DNA of 64,000 nucleotides from the human T2T-CHM13v2.0 reference genome, Homo sapiens, in the NCBI RefSeq assembly GCF_009914755.1, contig NC_060937.1. The stretch is one strand, 5' to 3'. The notes below the pieces were generated by a model. The model searched no databases and was not told where the DNA came from. It saw only the letters and a program-made list of their open reading frames with translations. Below are positions 29,915 to 41,240 of this stretch, piece after piece; position 1 is the stretch's first letter, and each line of letters begins with the position of its first letter. A program made the translations under genes and the position numbers.

Positions 29915-32595
29915 AACAGGCTCCTACGATCCACATCGCAGGGGAATGCACACGCCCCGCCATATGGGAAGTAGGAGCAACCCCCCTCTCCCCGCCTGTC
30001 TCCTACGATCCACATCGCAGGGAGGTGCACACCCCCGCAATATGGGGAGTAGGAGCAACCCCCGTCTCCCCCACTGGCTATTACAATCCACGCTGGACAC
30101 ACAGCGTGTTTATGATTTTGTGAGTAAATCATCTCCCCCTCAGCAAATTATGAACTATTTCACCGACGGGTGTACAACCTCTGCGGTATTGGGAGCAATA
30201 TCATCCTCAACCCCGCTGGATGTTAACAACACATCACAGGGGTGTTTATGCTCTCTACGATATTGGGTGTCATATCATCCTCTCCCACATTGAAATTAGG
30301 AGCAATATCACTAGGTGCGTGTGCACCTGCGATATTGAAAGTAATATCATCCTCTTCTCTCCTGGATCATGGGAACAATATCACTCGGGGGTGTACACTT
30401 TGTGCGATATTGGGAGTAATATCATCCCCTCCGCTTCTGAATATCAAAGATACTCTCACACGGGGGTGTACATCTCCTGCGATATTAGGACTAATATTAT
30501 CCTCTCCCCTCCTGTATATTAGGAAATATATCACAAAGTGGGTATAGACCTCCTGTGACTTGAGGAGTAATATCCTCTTCTCCCCTTCTGGATATTAGCA
30601 ACAATGTCGCACGGGGGTTTACACTTTCTCCGATATCTGGAGTAATGTCATTCTCTCCTCCTTTGAACGTTAAGAACAGTATCACACGGGGGGTGTACAC
30701 CCCCTGCGATATTGGGAGTAAATCAGGCTCTCCCCCGACCCTTGATATTAGGAAAAATATCCCACCGTGTGTGTACACCTCCTACTATATGGGGAGTAAT
30801 ATCATCCTCTCCCTTCCTGGATATTAGGAACAATGTCACAGGGTGGGTGTACACAGCCTGCAATATTGAAAGTAATATCATCCTTCCACCTCCGGATATT
30901 AGGAACAGTATCACAGAAGGGTTGTACACTCTCTGCGATATTGGGAGTCATATCATTTTCTCCTTCCCTGAATATTAGGAGCAATATCCCCGGTGGATGT
31001 ATACCCACTGTTATATTGGGAGTAATACTCTGCCCCCTGGATATTAGGAGCAATATCACAGGGTGGCTGTACACCCACGGCTATATTGGGAGTAATGTCA
31101 TGCTCCCCCTCCCTGGATATTTGGAACAATATCACAGTGGGTGTACACCTTCTGCAGTATAAGGAATAATATCATCTTCTCTTCCTTTAGCTATTAAGAA
31201 CAATATCACATGAGGGGTGTACACCCCCTGCACTATTGGGAGTAATATTATTCTCTCTTATTCTGAATAGTAGAAATAATATCACAGGCGAAGTGTACAC
31301 CCCTTGCAATATTGGGAGTAATATCATCCTCTCCCAACGTGGATATTAGGAACAATATCGCAGGGGCATGTACACTTCTTCGATATTGGTAGTAATATCA
31401 TCCTCTCCCCACTGGATATAAGAAACAATATGACAAGCGGGGTGGACATCTCTCACGATATGGGGAGGAATGTCACCCCTGTCTCCCTGCCTGGATATTA
31501 CGGTCCACCGTGGACACACTGCATGTTAATGATATTGTGAGTAATATCATCTCCCCCTCTAGAAATTATGAACGATATCAAAGACGGGTGTACACCCTCC
31601 GCAATATAGGGAGTAATATCATCCTCTCCACCCCTGGATATTAGTTACAATATCAAAGGAGTGTTTATAACCCCTGCGACATTGGGAGTAATATCCTCTC
31701 CCACGTTGAAATTAGGAACAGTATCACTGGGGGCGTGTACACACCCTGCGATATTGAAAGTAATATCATCCTCTTCCCTCCTGGGTCATGGGAACAATAT
31801 CACTGGGGGGTGTACACTTTCTGCGATATTAGGAGTAATATCATCCTCTCCGTCTTTGAAAATTGAGGACAATATCACGGGGGTGTGTACACCCTTTGCG
31901 ATATTGGGAATCATATTATCCTCTCCCCTCCTGCATATTAAAAAAAAATCACAGAGTGGGTGTACACCTCCTGCGATATGGAGAGTAATATCGTCTTCTC
32001 CTCTTCTGTGTTTGAAGAACAATATCACACGGTGGTGTATACTTTCTGCAATATTGGGAGTAATATCAACGTCTCGACCTTTGAATATTAAGAACATCAC
32101 AGGGTGGATGTACACGCCCTGAGATATTGGGAGTAATGTCAGCCTCTTTCCTCCCTAGATATTAGGAACAATATCCCAGGGTGGGGGTACACCTCCTGCT
32201 ATATGAGGAGTAATATCATCCTCTCCCTTCCTGGATATTAGGACAATATCACAGAGTGGGTGTACACAGCCTACAATACTGGAAGTATTATCATTCCCTC
32301 CCCCTCCAGATACCTGGAACAAAAGCACAGAAGAGGTGTACACTCCCTGCAATATTGGGAGTAGTATCATTCTCTTCTTCCGTGAATATTAAAAGCAATA
32401 TCACCGGGTCACCGGGTGAATGTACACCCACTGCTATATGTCATACTCTAACCCATGAATATTGGGATCAGTATCACAGGGTTGGTGTACACCTAGAGCG
32501 ATATTGAAACTAATATCATGCCCTCTCTCCCTGAATATTAGAAACAATATCACCGGTGAGTGTAGACCCCCTGCGGTATTAGGAGTAATAACATT
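29915..32595 (+). repeat. SATR1/SATR2-type satellite, left arm (~74 bp monomers)
   Basis: Tandem diverged units of GATATTGGGAGTAATATCATCCTCTCCCCCCTGGATATTAGGAACAATATCACAGGGGGTGTACACCCCCTGC (consensus by eye). Confidence 0.9.
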
Positions 32596-32990
32596 CTTAA
32601 TGATTAGTCATAAATTATTAATATTAATGATCAATATTAATATGAATTGATATTATTTCCTAATATATTATTAATTATTAATCGTAACAGTAATTAATTT
32701 AATTACTTATATTATTTTGTTATTGTTGATATCACCATCAACTAATGTTAATCATTAATATTAATTTTTATTAACATTATGATTATTAACATTAATTATT
32801 AATATTAATTGGTATCACGATTGTCGTATTAATATTTACAATTAATAATAATTATTACTATTATCAATAATATAACAGCAATGATTATTAATAAATAACC
32901 AATAATTTGTTAATTATTCATAATTATAAATTAATTAGAATTAATAATTAAAATCAATCAATTATTAATTATTAATAAATAATAATATTA
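32596..32990. repeat. AT-rich low-complexity core between the satellite arms
   Basis: ~400 bp dominated by ATT/AAT/ATTAAT, with strand bias switching from ATT-rich to AAT-rich. Confidence 0.9.
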
Positions 32991-34288
32991 TTCCTGATAT
33001 CTGGGGGAAGAGAGGGTGATATTATTGCCAATATCGGAGGAGCTGTACACCCTTCTGTGATATTGTTCCTAATAGCCAGGGGGTAGAGGATGACGTTTCT
33101 TGAAATATCACTAGAGGTGTAAATCCCTTCTGTTTTCTTGTTGCTAATATCCACGGGGTGAGAGGATGATATTACTCCCAATATCGCAGGGGGTGTAGAC
33201 ATCCCCTGTGATATTGTCTCTAATATCCAAAGGTGGAGAGGATGATATTTTTCTCAAATTCGCAGGAGGTCTACACCACCACTGTGATATGGCTCCTAAT
33301 ATCCAGGCGAGAGAGGATGATATTAGTCTCAATATCACAGGAGGTGTACACTCCCTAGTGATATTGATTCTAATATCCACGGACGGAGAGGATTATATTG
33401 CTCCCAATATATCGTGTCTAATATCCAGGGTGGGAGAGGATAATATTAGTCTCGAGATCGCAGGAGTTGTACACTCCCCAGTGATATTGTTCCTAATATG
33501 CAGGGACAGAGAGGTTAGTATTACTTCCAACACACCAGGGGGTGTACATCCCTTCGGTGACATTGTTTCTAATAGCCAGCGGGGGAGAGGAAGATATTAC
33601 TCCCAATATCACAGGGGTATACACCCCCTTGTTAGATTTCTTATATACCTGGAGGGAGACGATGATACTAATGGCAATGTCACAGGGGGTGTACACCCCC
33701 TTTGTGATATTGTTCCGAATCTCCAGAGGGGAAGAAAATGATGTTACTCCCAATATCGCAGGGGGTGTACATCCTCCTGTGATATTGTTTCTTATATTCA
33801 GGGGGGAAAGGACGATATTACTCCCAATATCGCAGGGGTTTGTACATACCTCCTGTTATATTATTCCTAATATCCAGAAGGGGAGAGCATAATATTACTC
33901 TCAATATTGCAGAGGGTGTACGTCTCCTCTGATATTATTCTTAATATCTATGATGGGAAAGGATGATATTACTCCCAATATCGCAAGAAGTGTACAGCGT
34001 CCCATGATATAGCTCCTAATATCCAGGTGGGGAGAGGATGATATTACTCCCAATATCGCAGAAGTTGTAAAACCCCTTCGATATTTTTCCTACAATCTGG
34101 GGGGAGAGGATGATATTACTCCCAATATCGAAGAAGGTGTACACGGCCACTGTGACATTGTTCCCAATATACACACGTTGACAGACAATGGTATTACGCC
34201 CAATATCGCAGAGGATGTACACCCACCCTGGGATATTTTTCCTAATATCGAGAGGGGGAGAGGATGATATTACTTTCAATATCTCAGA
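32991..34288 (-). repeat. SATR1/SATR2-type satellite, right arm (inverted orientation)
   Basis: Units read GAGAGGATGATATTACTCCCAATATCGCAGGGGGTGTACA, the reverse complement of the left-arm monomer. Confidence 0.9.
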
Positions 34289-34301
34289 TAGTTTGTCCTT
34301 G

Positions 34302-34625
34302 CAAACTATCGCAAGGACAAAAAACCAAACACCGCATGTTCTCACTCATAGGTGCAAATTGAACAATGAGAACACTTGGACACAGGAAGGGGAACATCAC
34401 ACACCGGGGTCTGTAGTGGGGTGTGGGGAAGGGGGAGGGATAGCATTAGGAGATATCCCTAATGTAAATGATGAGTTAATGGGTGCAGCACACCAACATG
34501 GCACATGTATGCATATGTAACAAACCTGCACGTTGTGCACATGTACCCTAGAACTTAAAGTATAATAATAAAAAATAATAATTATTATAAAAATAGTATT
34601 CAGAAAAACAAAAACAAACAAAAAG
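34302..34625 (+). mobile_element. Young L1PA (about L1PA3-5) 3' terminal fragment with A-rich tail
   Basis: caaactatcgcaaggacaaaaaaccaaacaccgcatgttctcactcatagg...gtaccctagaacttaaagtataataataaaaa. Confidence 0.93.
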
Positions 34626-36170
34626 ATTTCCTGACATGTAATTTATCATAAAGTTATTCAGTACAAGTGTGCAATTCAATAATTATTACTAAATTTATGG
34701 AGTTGTATAACCCACCCCACAATCTAATTTTAGAACACCTTAAAAAGGAACTTCATGCCCACTTATTATCACTCAGGTTTCAGAAACCTAGGCCCCAGTA
34801 ACTTCTATTTTATTTTCTGTCCCCACATACTTGCCTTTTCTGGGTATTTAATAAAAATGAAATCATACAATATGTGGTCATTTGTGACTACCTTCCTTCA
34901 TACCATAAAGTTTTTGAAGTCAAACCATGCTGTGGCTTACATCAGTACTCTTTTTGTTTTTATTGCCAAATAGAACTTCATTATATAACGAATAAATAGT
35001 ATTTCACTAATTGAAGGACATTTGGGTTGTTTACCCTTTATGACTGTTATAAATAATGTTCTATCAACTTTCATGCAAGTCTCATCTCTTCTGATTAGAT
35101 ATCTCAGACTGAAATTGCTGGGACATATGGTAAATTTAAGTTTAGCAATTTAAGAAACTGACAAACTGTTATCTAAAATGGATGTATATTTACATTCCTA
35201 TAAAAATATGAGGTTACATTTCCCAGCATGTTAACCAACACTTGTTTTTGTCTAGCTTTTTTGTCATAGCCATTCTTGTGGGTATGAGAAGGTGTCTCAT
35301 AATTTTAATTTGTATTTTATTAGAAACTCATTATATAGGATTTTTAATTTGTTTATTGATCACTTGTGTTACCTTCCTACTCTGGAGAAATGTTAATTCA
35401 AGTACTTTCCCATTTTTTTTTTCTAATTGGACTGTTTTCATAAAATTGAGTTGTAAAAATTTGCTGTATTTTGAATATAAGTCCTTTATCACATATACAA
35501 TTTGAAAATACTTTTTCCGGTCAGGTTTGCATTTTCACTTTTTAATAATACCTTTTGTAGCTCAAAAGTTTTCAATTTTGATGAAGTCCAAATGACCAAT
35601 TTGTTATTATAGCAATTATAATTTAGTTTTATATCTAGATGTTTGTGTGCTTTTCTGAGTTTACAGTTTTAGCTCTTATATTTAGGCCTCTGAGTAAATT
35701 TTTGTGCATGGTATGGCATGGGAATAAATTCCTATATTTTCATTAGCATAACCAATTTTTCTTGTGTCATTTGTTGAAAGACTATTCTTTCCCTGTAGAA
35801 GTGACCTAGCACCTTTGCTTGAAAATAACTTGAACATCATTTTAAGGATTTATTTCTGGACTCTAAATTGATATCTAAATGTGGATCTTTAAACCATTAC
35901 CTCAGTATCTTGATTACTATATCTTTGCAGTATGTTTGAAATCAGGAAATGTTTAAGTCCTCCTACTTTGCATTCTTCTTCAAGTTTGTTTTGGTTACTC
36001 TGTGCCCCTTGCATTTTCATATAAATTTTATGATTCATTTATCAATTTCTGTCAAAAAAAGCCAGTAGTGATTTTGATAGGCATTGCGTTGAATTCATAG
36101 ACCACTTTTAGGAGTACTGAGTCTTCAAATTCATAGTTATGGAGTATATCTACATTTATTTTGACTACCT
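34626..36170 (-). mobile_element. L1MB/MC-type LINE, 3' region
   Basis: Antisense L1 3'UTR and ORF2 (aatcatacaatatgtggtc; tttgttgaaaagactattctttccc; gattttgataggcattgcgttgaat). Confidence 0.8.
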
Positions 36171-36671
36171 TAAAACTGAAAAACACATTTAAAAATATTA
36201 ACATTATATTTACATTGTAAGAACAATTATTTTTATATACTCTACTTCGTCTCTTTTCACCTTATTTAATGTATGTTCTACAAAATTAAATATTGTTCCT
36301 TGCTGATAGCTCTTATGTTAATATCACTAATAAAGTTTTTTTTCTCTCTGGTGGTCTGAATGTTGCTGTCCAAAAAAAGTTCTCAGGAAAGCCTCTTGGG
36401 ATGTGAATTCTTAGATGTTTCTAACATTTTGTTATTTTATCCTTAAAAGCCAGTTTTGCTGGATTTATAATCATTGGCTCTTATATTTTTTTCTGAGTAC
36501 CTTGATTATGTTACTTCATTTTCTTCTAGTATGAAGTTTTGTTGTGGAAAAATGTGATTGCAATATCATTTTCTTTCTAAGATGTACAATTTCTAAGATG
36601 TAAATTCTTTCTAAGATGCATAATTTTCTTTCTATTATGTAAGATTTTTCTCTTAAAAGCATATTAACATT

Positions 36672-38289
36672 CATCAGAATTAATATCATTAAAATGACCA
36701 TACTGCCCAAAGCAATCTACAGATTCAATGCACTCTCTATCAAAATATCAATGTCATTTTTTCAGAGAATTAGAAAACACAATCCTGAGGTTCATATGGA
36801 ACAAAAGATAGTCCTGAATAGCCAAAGCAATCCTAAGCAATAGGAACAAAGCTGCAGACGTCACATTACTTGACTTCAAACTAGACTACAAGACTATAGT
36901 AACCAAAAAAATGTGGTGCTGGAACAAACATAGACATAAAGATGAATAGAATAGAGAACTTAGAGAAAAAGTTACATATCTACAGCCAACTGATCTTTGA
37001 CAAAGTCAACAAAAACATATACTGGGGAAAAGACATCCTTTCAATAAATGGTTTTGGGCAAAGTGGATTGCCATATGTAGAAGAACGAAACTCAACCCTA
37101 ATCTCTCACTATATGCAAAAATCAACTCAAGATAAGTTAGAGATTTATGTAAGACCTGAAACTATGAAAATTCTAGAAGAAATCCTAGAAAACGCTCTCC
37201 TGGATATTGGTCTTGGCAAAGAATTTGTGACTAAGACCCGTAAAGCAAATACAACAAAACCAAAAATAGACAAATGGGATTTAATTAAACTAAAAAAAGC
37301 TTCTCCACAACAAATGAAATAATCAACAGAGTGAACAAACAACTGACATTATTAGAGAAACTATTTGAAAACTATGGATTTAACAAGGGACTAATATCTT
37401 GAATTTATAAGGAGATCGAATAACAACCCCAAAATAAGTGGGCAAAGGATATGAAGAGACATTTTTGAAAAGAAGACATATAAGTTGCCAACAAACACTT
37501 GAAAAAATGTTCAGCATCACTAACCATCAGAAAAATGCAAACCACAATGAGATATCATCTTATACGAGTTAGAATGGCTATTGTTAAATAGCCAAAAAAT
37601 AACGGATGTTGGTGAGAATGCAGAGAAAAGAGAACACTTATATGCGTTAGTGGGAATTTAAATTAATATAACCTCTATAAAAAACAGTGTGGAGATTTCT
37701 CAAAGTCCTAAAAGTAGAGCTACTATTCAGTTCAGCAATCTCACTACTGGGTATCTACCCAAAGGAAGTGAAATCATTATACAAAAAGAGACACTTGTAC
37801 TATGTTTATCACAGCACTATTCACATTAGCAAAGATATGGAATCAATCTAAGTGTCTATCAGTGAACCATTGGATAAAGAAAATGTGTACACACACACAC
37901 ACACACACACACACAATGGAATAGTACTCAGCCAAAAAAAAAAAAAAGAAAGATAAAAAAATTATGTCTTCTGCAGCAACATGGATGGAACTGGAGGCCA
38001 TCCATGTTAAGCGAAACAACTTAAAGAGAAAGTCAAATGCCACATGTTCTCACTTCTAAGTGGAAGCTAAGCCATGTGTGTATATGGACACAGAGTGTGG
38101 AATGATAGACATTGGAGACTCAGAAGAGTCATAATGTGGGAGGGGGGCTGAGGGATGAGAAATTACTTAATGAATACAGTGTACATTATTCAGGTGATAG
38201 GTACACTAAAAGCCTAAACTTCATCATTATATAATATATTTCTGTAACAAAAATGCACTTGTACCTCTTATGTTTACACTAATTGTTTT
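36672..38289 (+). mobile_element. 5'-truncated L1MA1-3-like element with TSD; internal (CA)n at ~37889-37915
   Basis: ORF2p C-terminal remnant (ORF 36942..37322 QLIFDK...KIDKWDLIKLK); TSD aaaagcatattaacatt (36655-36671) / aaaagtatattaacatt (38290-38306) at a TT/AAAA endonuclease site. Confidence 0.92.
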
Positions 38290-39094
38290 AAAAGTATATT
38301 AACATTTCTGAAGTATATCTTCTTATTGTTTGTTCTGGGTCAATATTCACAGATATGCTGTGTACTCTTATGTAGCTTCAAGTCCTTTTTTGTTTAAACT
38401 TCAAGAGAGTTTTTATGAATGATAATTTTTAGTAATTGTTCAGTTTATTTGCTTTTTTGCCCCAGGAATTCATATTATCTATAAGTTAGTTATTTGCTAT
38501 TTTAGTCACCACCTTCTTAAATATTTTATCTTATTTATATTTCTCGATAGTCTCTTTCTTAAAAAGTCAATTTGTCTTCAGAAGTTAAGGATTGTGTTAT
38601 TTTTGCATTTAGTCATTTGTAGGATATTCTTTCATTTTTTATAGTTCATTTGTCATTTTTGAAATCATTTTTCTTTTATCTCTAGTTCCATCACATTCTG
38701 TAACCACATTTCTGAATTTCTAAAGTTTAACTTATAATATTCTTTATACCTATTTTATTTACTTAATGTTATGGGGCTTGTTTTAAAATACGAGGTTACA
38801 ATCTTCATCTGTTTTGTGAGTATGCCTTTCTGAGCTGCTTTTATTTTCTGTAGTGATGTAATTATTTTCATCCTCTTTTTTACTTAACATAACATTGCAT
38901 GACATTATACTATGATGTTTTTTGTTGTTCCATTTTATGGATTTTTTTGTAAAGGTGTAAAAACCTTGTGGTTTAAAATAGTCCTTCAAACTTTATAAAG
39001 TTCTCTTTTCTGTTAGTGTGTAATATTTTAAAATATGATGGCTTGCTTTCTGATCTTTCATGACTATCTGTCTCTTCTTGACTTTTTCTGATAA

Positions 39095-39221
39095 ATATTT
39101 TAGTAGAGACAGGGTTTCTCCATGTTGGTCAGGCTGGTCTCGAATTCCCGACCTCAGGTGATCCGCCCTTCTCGGCTTTCCAAAGTGCTGGGATTACAGG
39201 AGTGAGCCACCGCACCCGGCC
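39095..39221 (-). mobile_element. AluSp-like left monomer only
   Basis: gtttctccatgttggtcaggctggtctcgaattcccgacctcaggtgatccgccc...cccggcc; right arm and tail absent. Confidence 0.85.
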
Positions 39222-39299
39222 GAACTAGCTTATCTTTTAGCTAATAAAGGGGTCCTACAAACTCTTCTTGCACTCATAACATGTTTTCCACCAATGTTA

Positions 39300-39661
39300 C
39301 AAGGTGAGCATCTCTAATCCAAAAATCTGAAATTTGAAATGCTGCAAAACTCAAAACTTTTTGCGTGCCAACATGACACCAGAAGTGGAAAATTTCACAT
39401 TTGGCACCTTTGCTTTCTGATGGTTCAATATATACAAACTTTGTTTTTGGCACAACAGAGTTGTATTAAAAATATTGTATAAAATTACCTTCAGGCTATA
39501 TGTATAAGGCACACATGAAGCATAAATGAATTTTGTGTTTAGACTTGGGTCCCATCTCCAAGGTTTCTCATTGTGTATATACGAATATTCCAAAATCTAA
39601 AAACACCTGAAATCTAAATGCTTCTGGTTCCAAGCATTTCAGATAAGGGAAACTCAACATG
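39300..39661. mobile_element. Tigger4b/Zombi-type non-autonomous DNA transposon
   Basis: Terminal inverted repeats caaggtgagcatctctaatcc / gataagggaaactcaacatg, with TA at the left flank. Confidence 0.85.
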
Positions 39662-41161
39662 CATTAGGAATTATAAGGATGAAAGTCTAATGGTATAAAT
39701 TAGTTTGACCCATGTATAATTTAATTGGCATAAAGAAAAATAATTTTATAAGGCTTGCAAATATAATGAAAATCTTAAGAAACAAAATTGAATCCATAGC
39801 TTGAAGGATGATAATATTAAACAAATGCTAGAATACAATGTCTTCTAAATGATTTAAAAATAGATAACTTATTTAAAAAGGGAATTACCACCTCACACTA
39901 TCCCCAAGCAATATTTACTGAATAGTAATGGAAAATATTACACAGATAAATTACCTACTTAGGAACAAAAGTCAACTTTCAATTGTCGAGAATGATGGAT
40001 TACAAAAATGTGGTTTTAAGACAATGTGCTCACAGTTTGTGAGTCACATTTTGCCAGTTATTAAACCAAATATAAATGAATATTTTACTTTCGGGCAAAT
40101 AGTACTGAATATGTGGATTATCTAAATGTTCTTTCTGTCATAATAATTTTGTTTTAACAAACGTAGAAAAATGAAATTCCTATTACTAAATCTTCTGTAT
40201 TGATGTTGCTCCTCTAAACAACACACATCTCACTTTGTTCCAAGTTATTCATAAAGTATTTGAACCCTAAAGAGTTCCAACATTCTCTTCTAACCAATAA
40301 TAAAATAATGGATGCTAAGCACCTCATTCTATTTAAGAGATCACTTTTCAATGAATCTCACCTAAGCTGTTAAGAGTGGTTTTGTATCAGCCAAGAGAGA
40401 GCTTAGGTGTTCTTGAACAATATTGTCGTGAAACCAAGAATGTTAAGATTTGTTCAGTAATGAATAAAGAGAAAAAATCAAGTAACTTTGGCTAACTAAA
40501 GACACAAGCCTTCTATGCTATTGCATTAAAAAGCTTTTTGAGCTCTAAGTTTCAAGAGCATAATTAGTTCAGTAATTAATTGTGCAAAATGGTAATTTAA
40601 TTTTTTATATTTCACATATTTTTAAATTTATTTTCTGACATTTAATTTTCAAGCACCCATACTACACAAAGGTTTACAGTTCATAGAAGGAGTCACACGT
40701 GTCAATTTCTATGAAAAAATTCTGTATTAATAGGTCTCCTTTAATTTAGAATTAGTACTGGAGGCACAAGCTGATTACCTTAATGTTTTTTAATGAAGCC
40801 TATTTGCCAAACAATTTAGTAAGATAAATAAAATAACGTATTTAAAAATTATCATTAATTAGAGACATTCAATTGCCTGCAATTTTTATGGTGATTACTA
40901 ACCATTTATAATGTTTTATTAAAAACATGACTGTGAAAATCTTCACTATGCAATGGTTTATAAGTCCTTTGTTCCATATGAAATAGTAAACTATAAATAA
41001 TATTTCTTTTTGAAAGTTTCAAAATCATTTCTGATTGGTCTTTCTTAATAAAATTTGTTTCATATCATTCCCAGTTACATAATTTTCACTTTGTAGCCAT
41101 AAACAGTTTAACTTGAAACGTAGACTTAACCCTGAGAGTAAACGATATATTTTTAAATCTA

Positions 41162-41240
41162 TTAGGTTGGTGCAAAAGTAATTGCAGTTTTTATATTGAA
41201 AGTAATGACAAAAACCACAATTACTTTTGCACCAACATAA
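41162..41240. mobile_element. MADE1 (Hsmar1-derived MITE)
   Basis: ttaggttggtgcaaaagtaattgcagtttt...aaaaccacaattacttttgcaccaacataa, 79 bp, flanked by TA on both sides. Confidence 0.95.

Noticed and set aside
29915-34288. CRISPR-like array of palindromic repeats with spacers
   Set aside because: The apparent spacers are homologous to each other, the context is primate DNA and there are no cas genes. It is a tandem satellite.
29866-34345. Dense cluster of overlapping ORFs (ILGVISS, DIGSNIIL, LLPISQG motifs) as repeat-protein genes
   Set aside because: They are translations of the satellite monomer in all six frames, with frequent frameshifts and no splice or promoter support.
29809-34632. atttcct on both sides of the satellite-plus-L1 block as a TSD
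   Set aside because: It is only 7 bp in AT-rich DNA, and the right copy is explained by the end of the adjacent L1M.
36942-37322. 126 aa ORF as a protein-coding gene
   Set aside because: It is a fragment of L1 ORF2p in a 5'-truncated, mutated L1MA copy.
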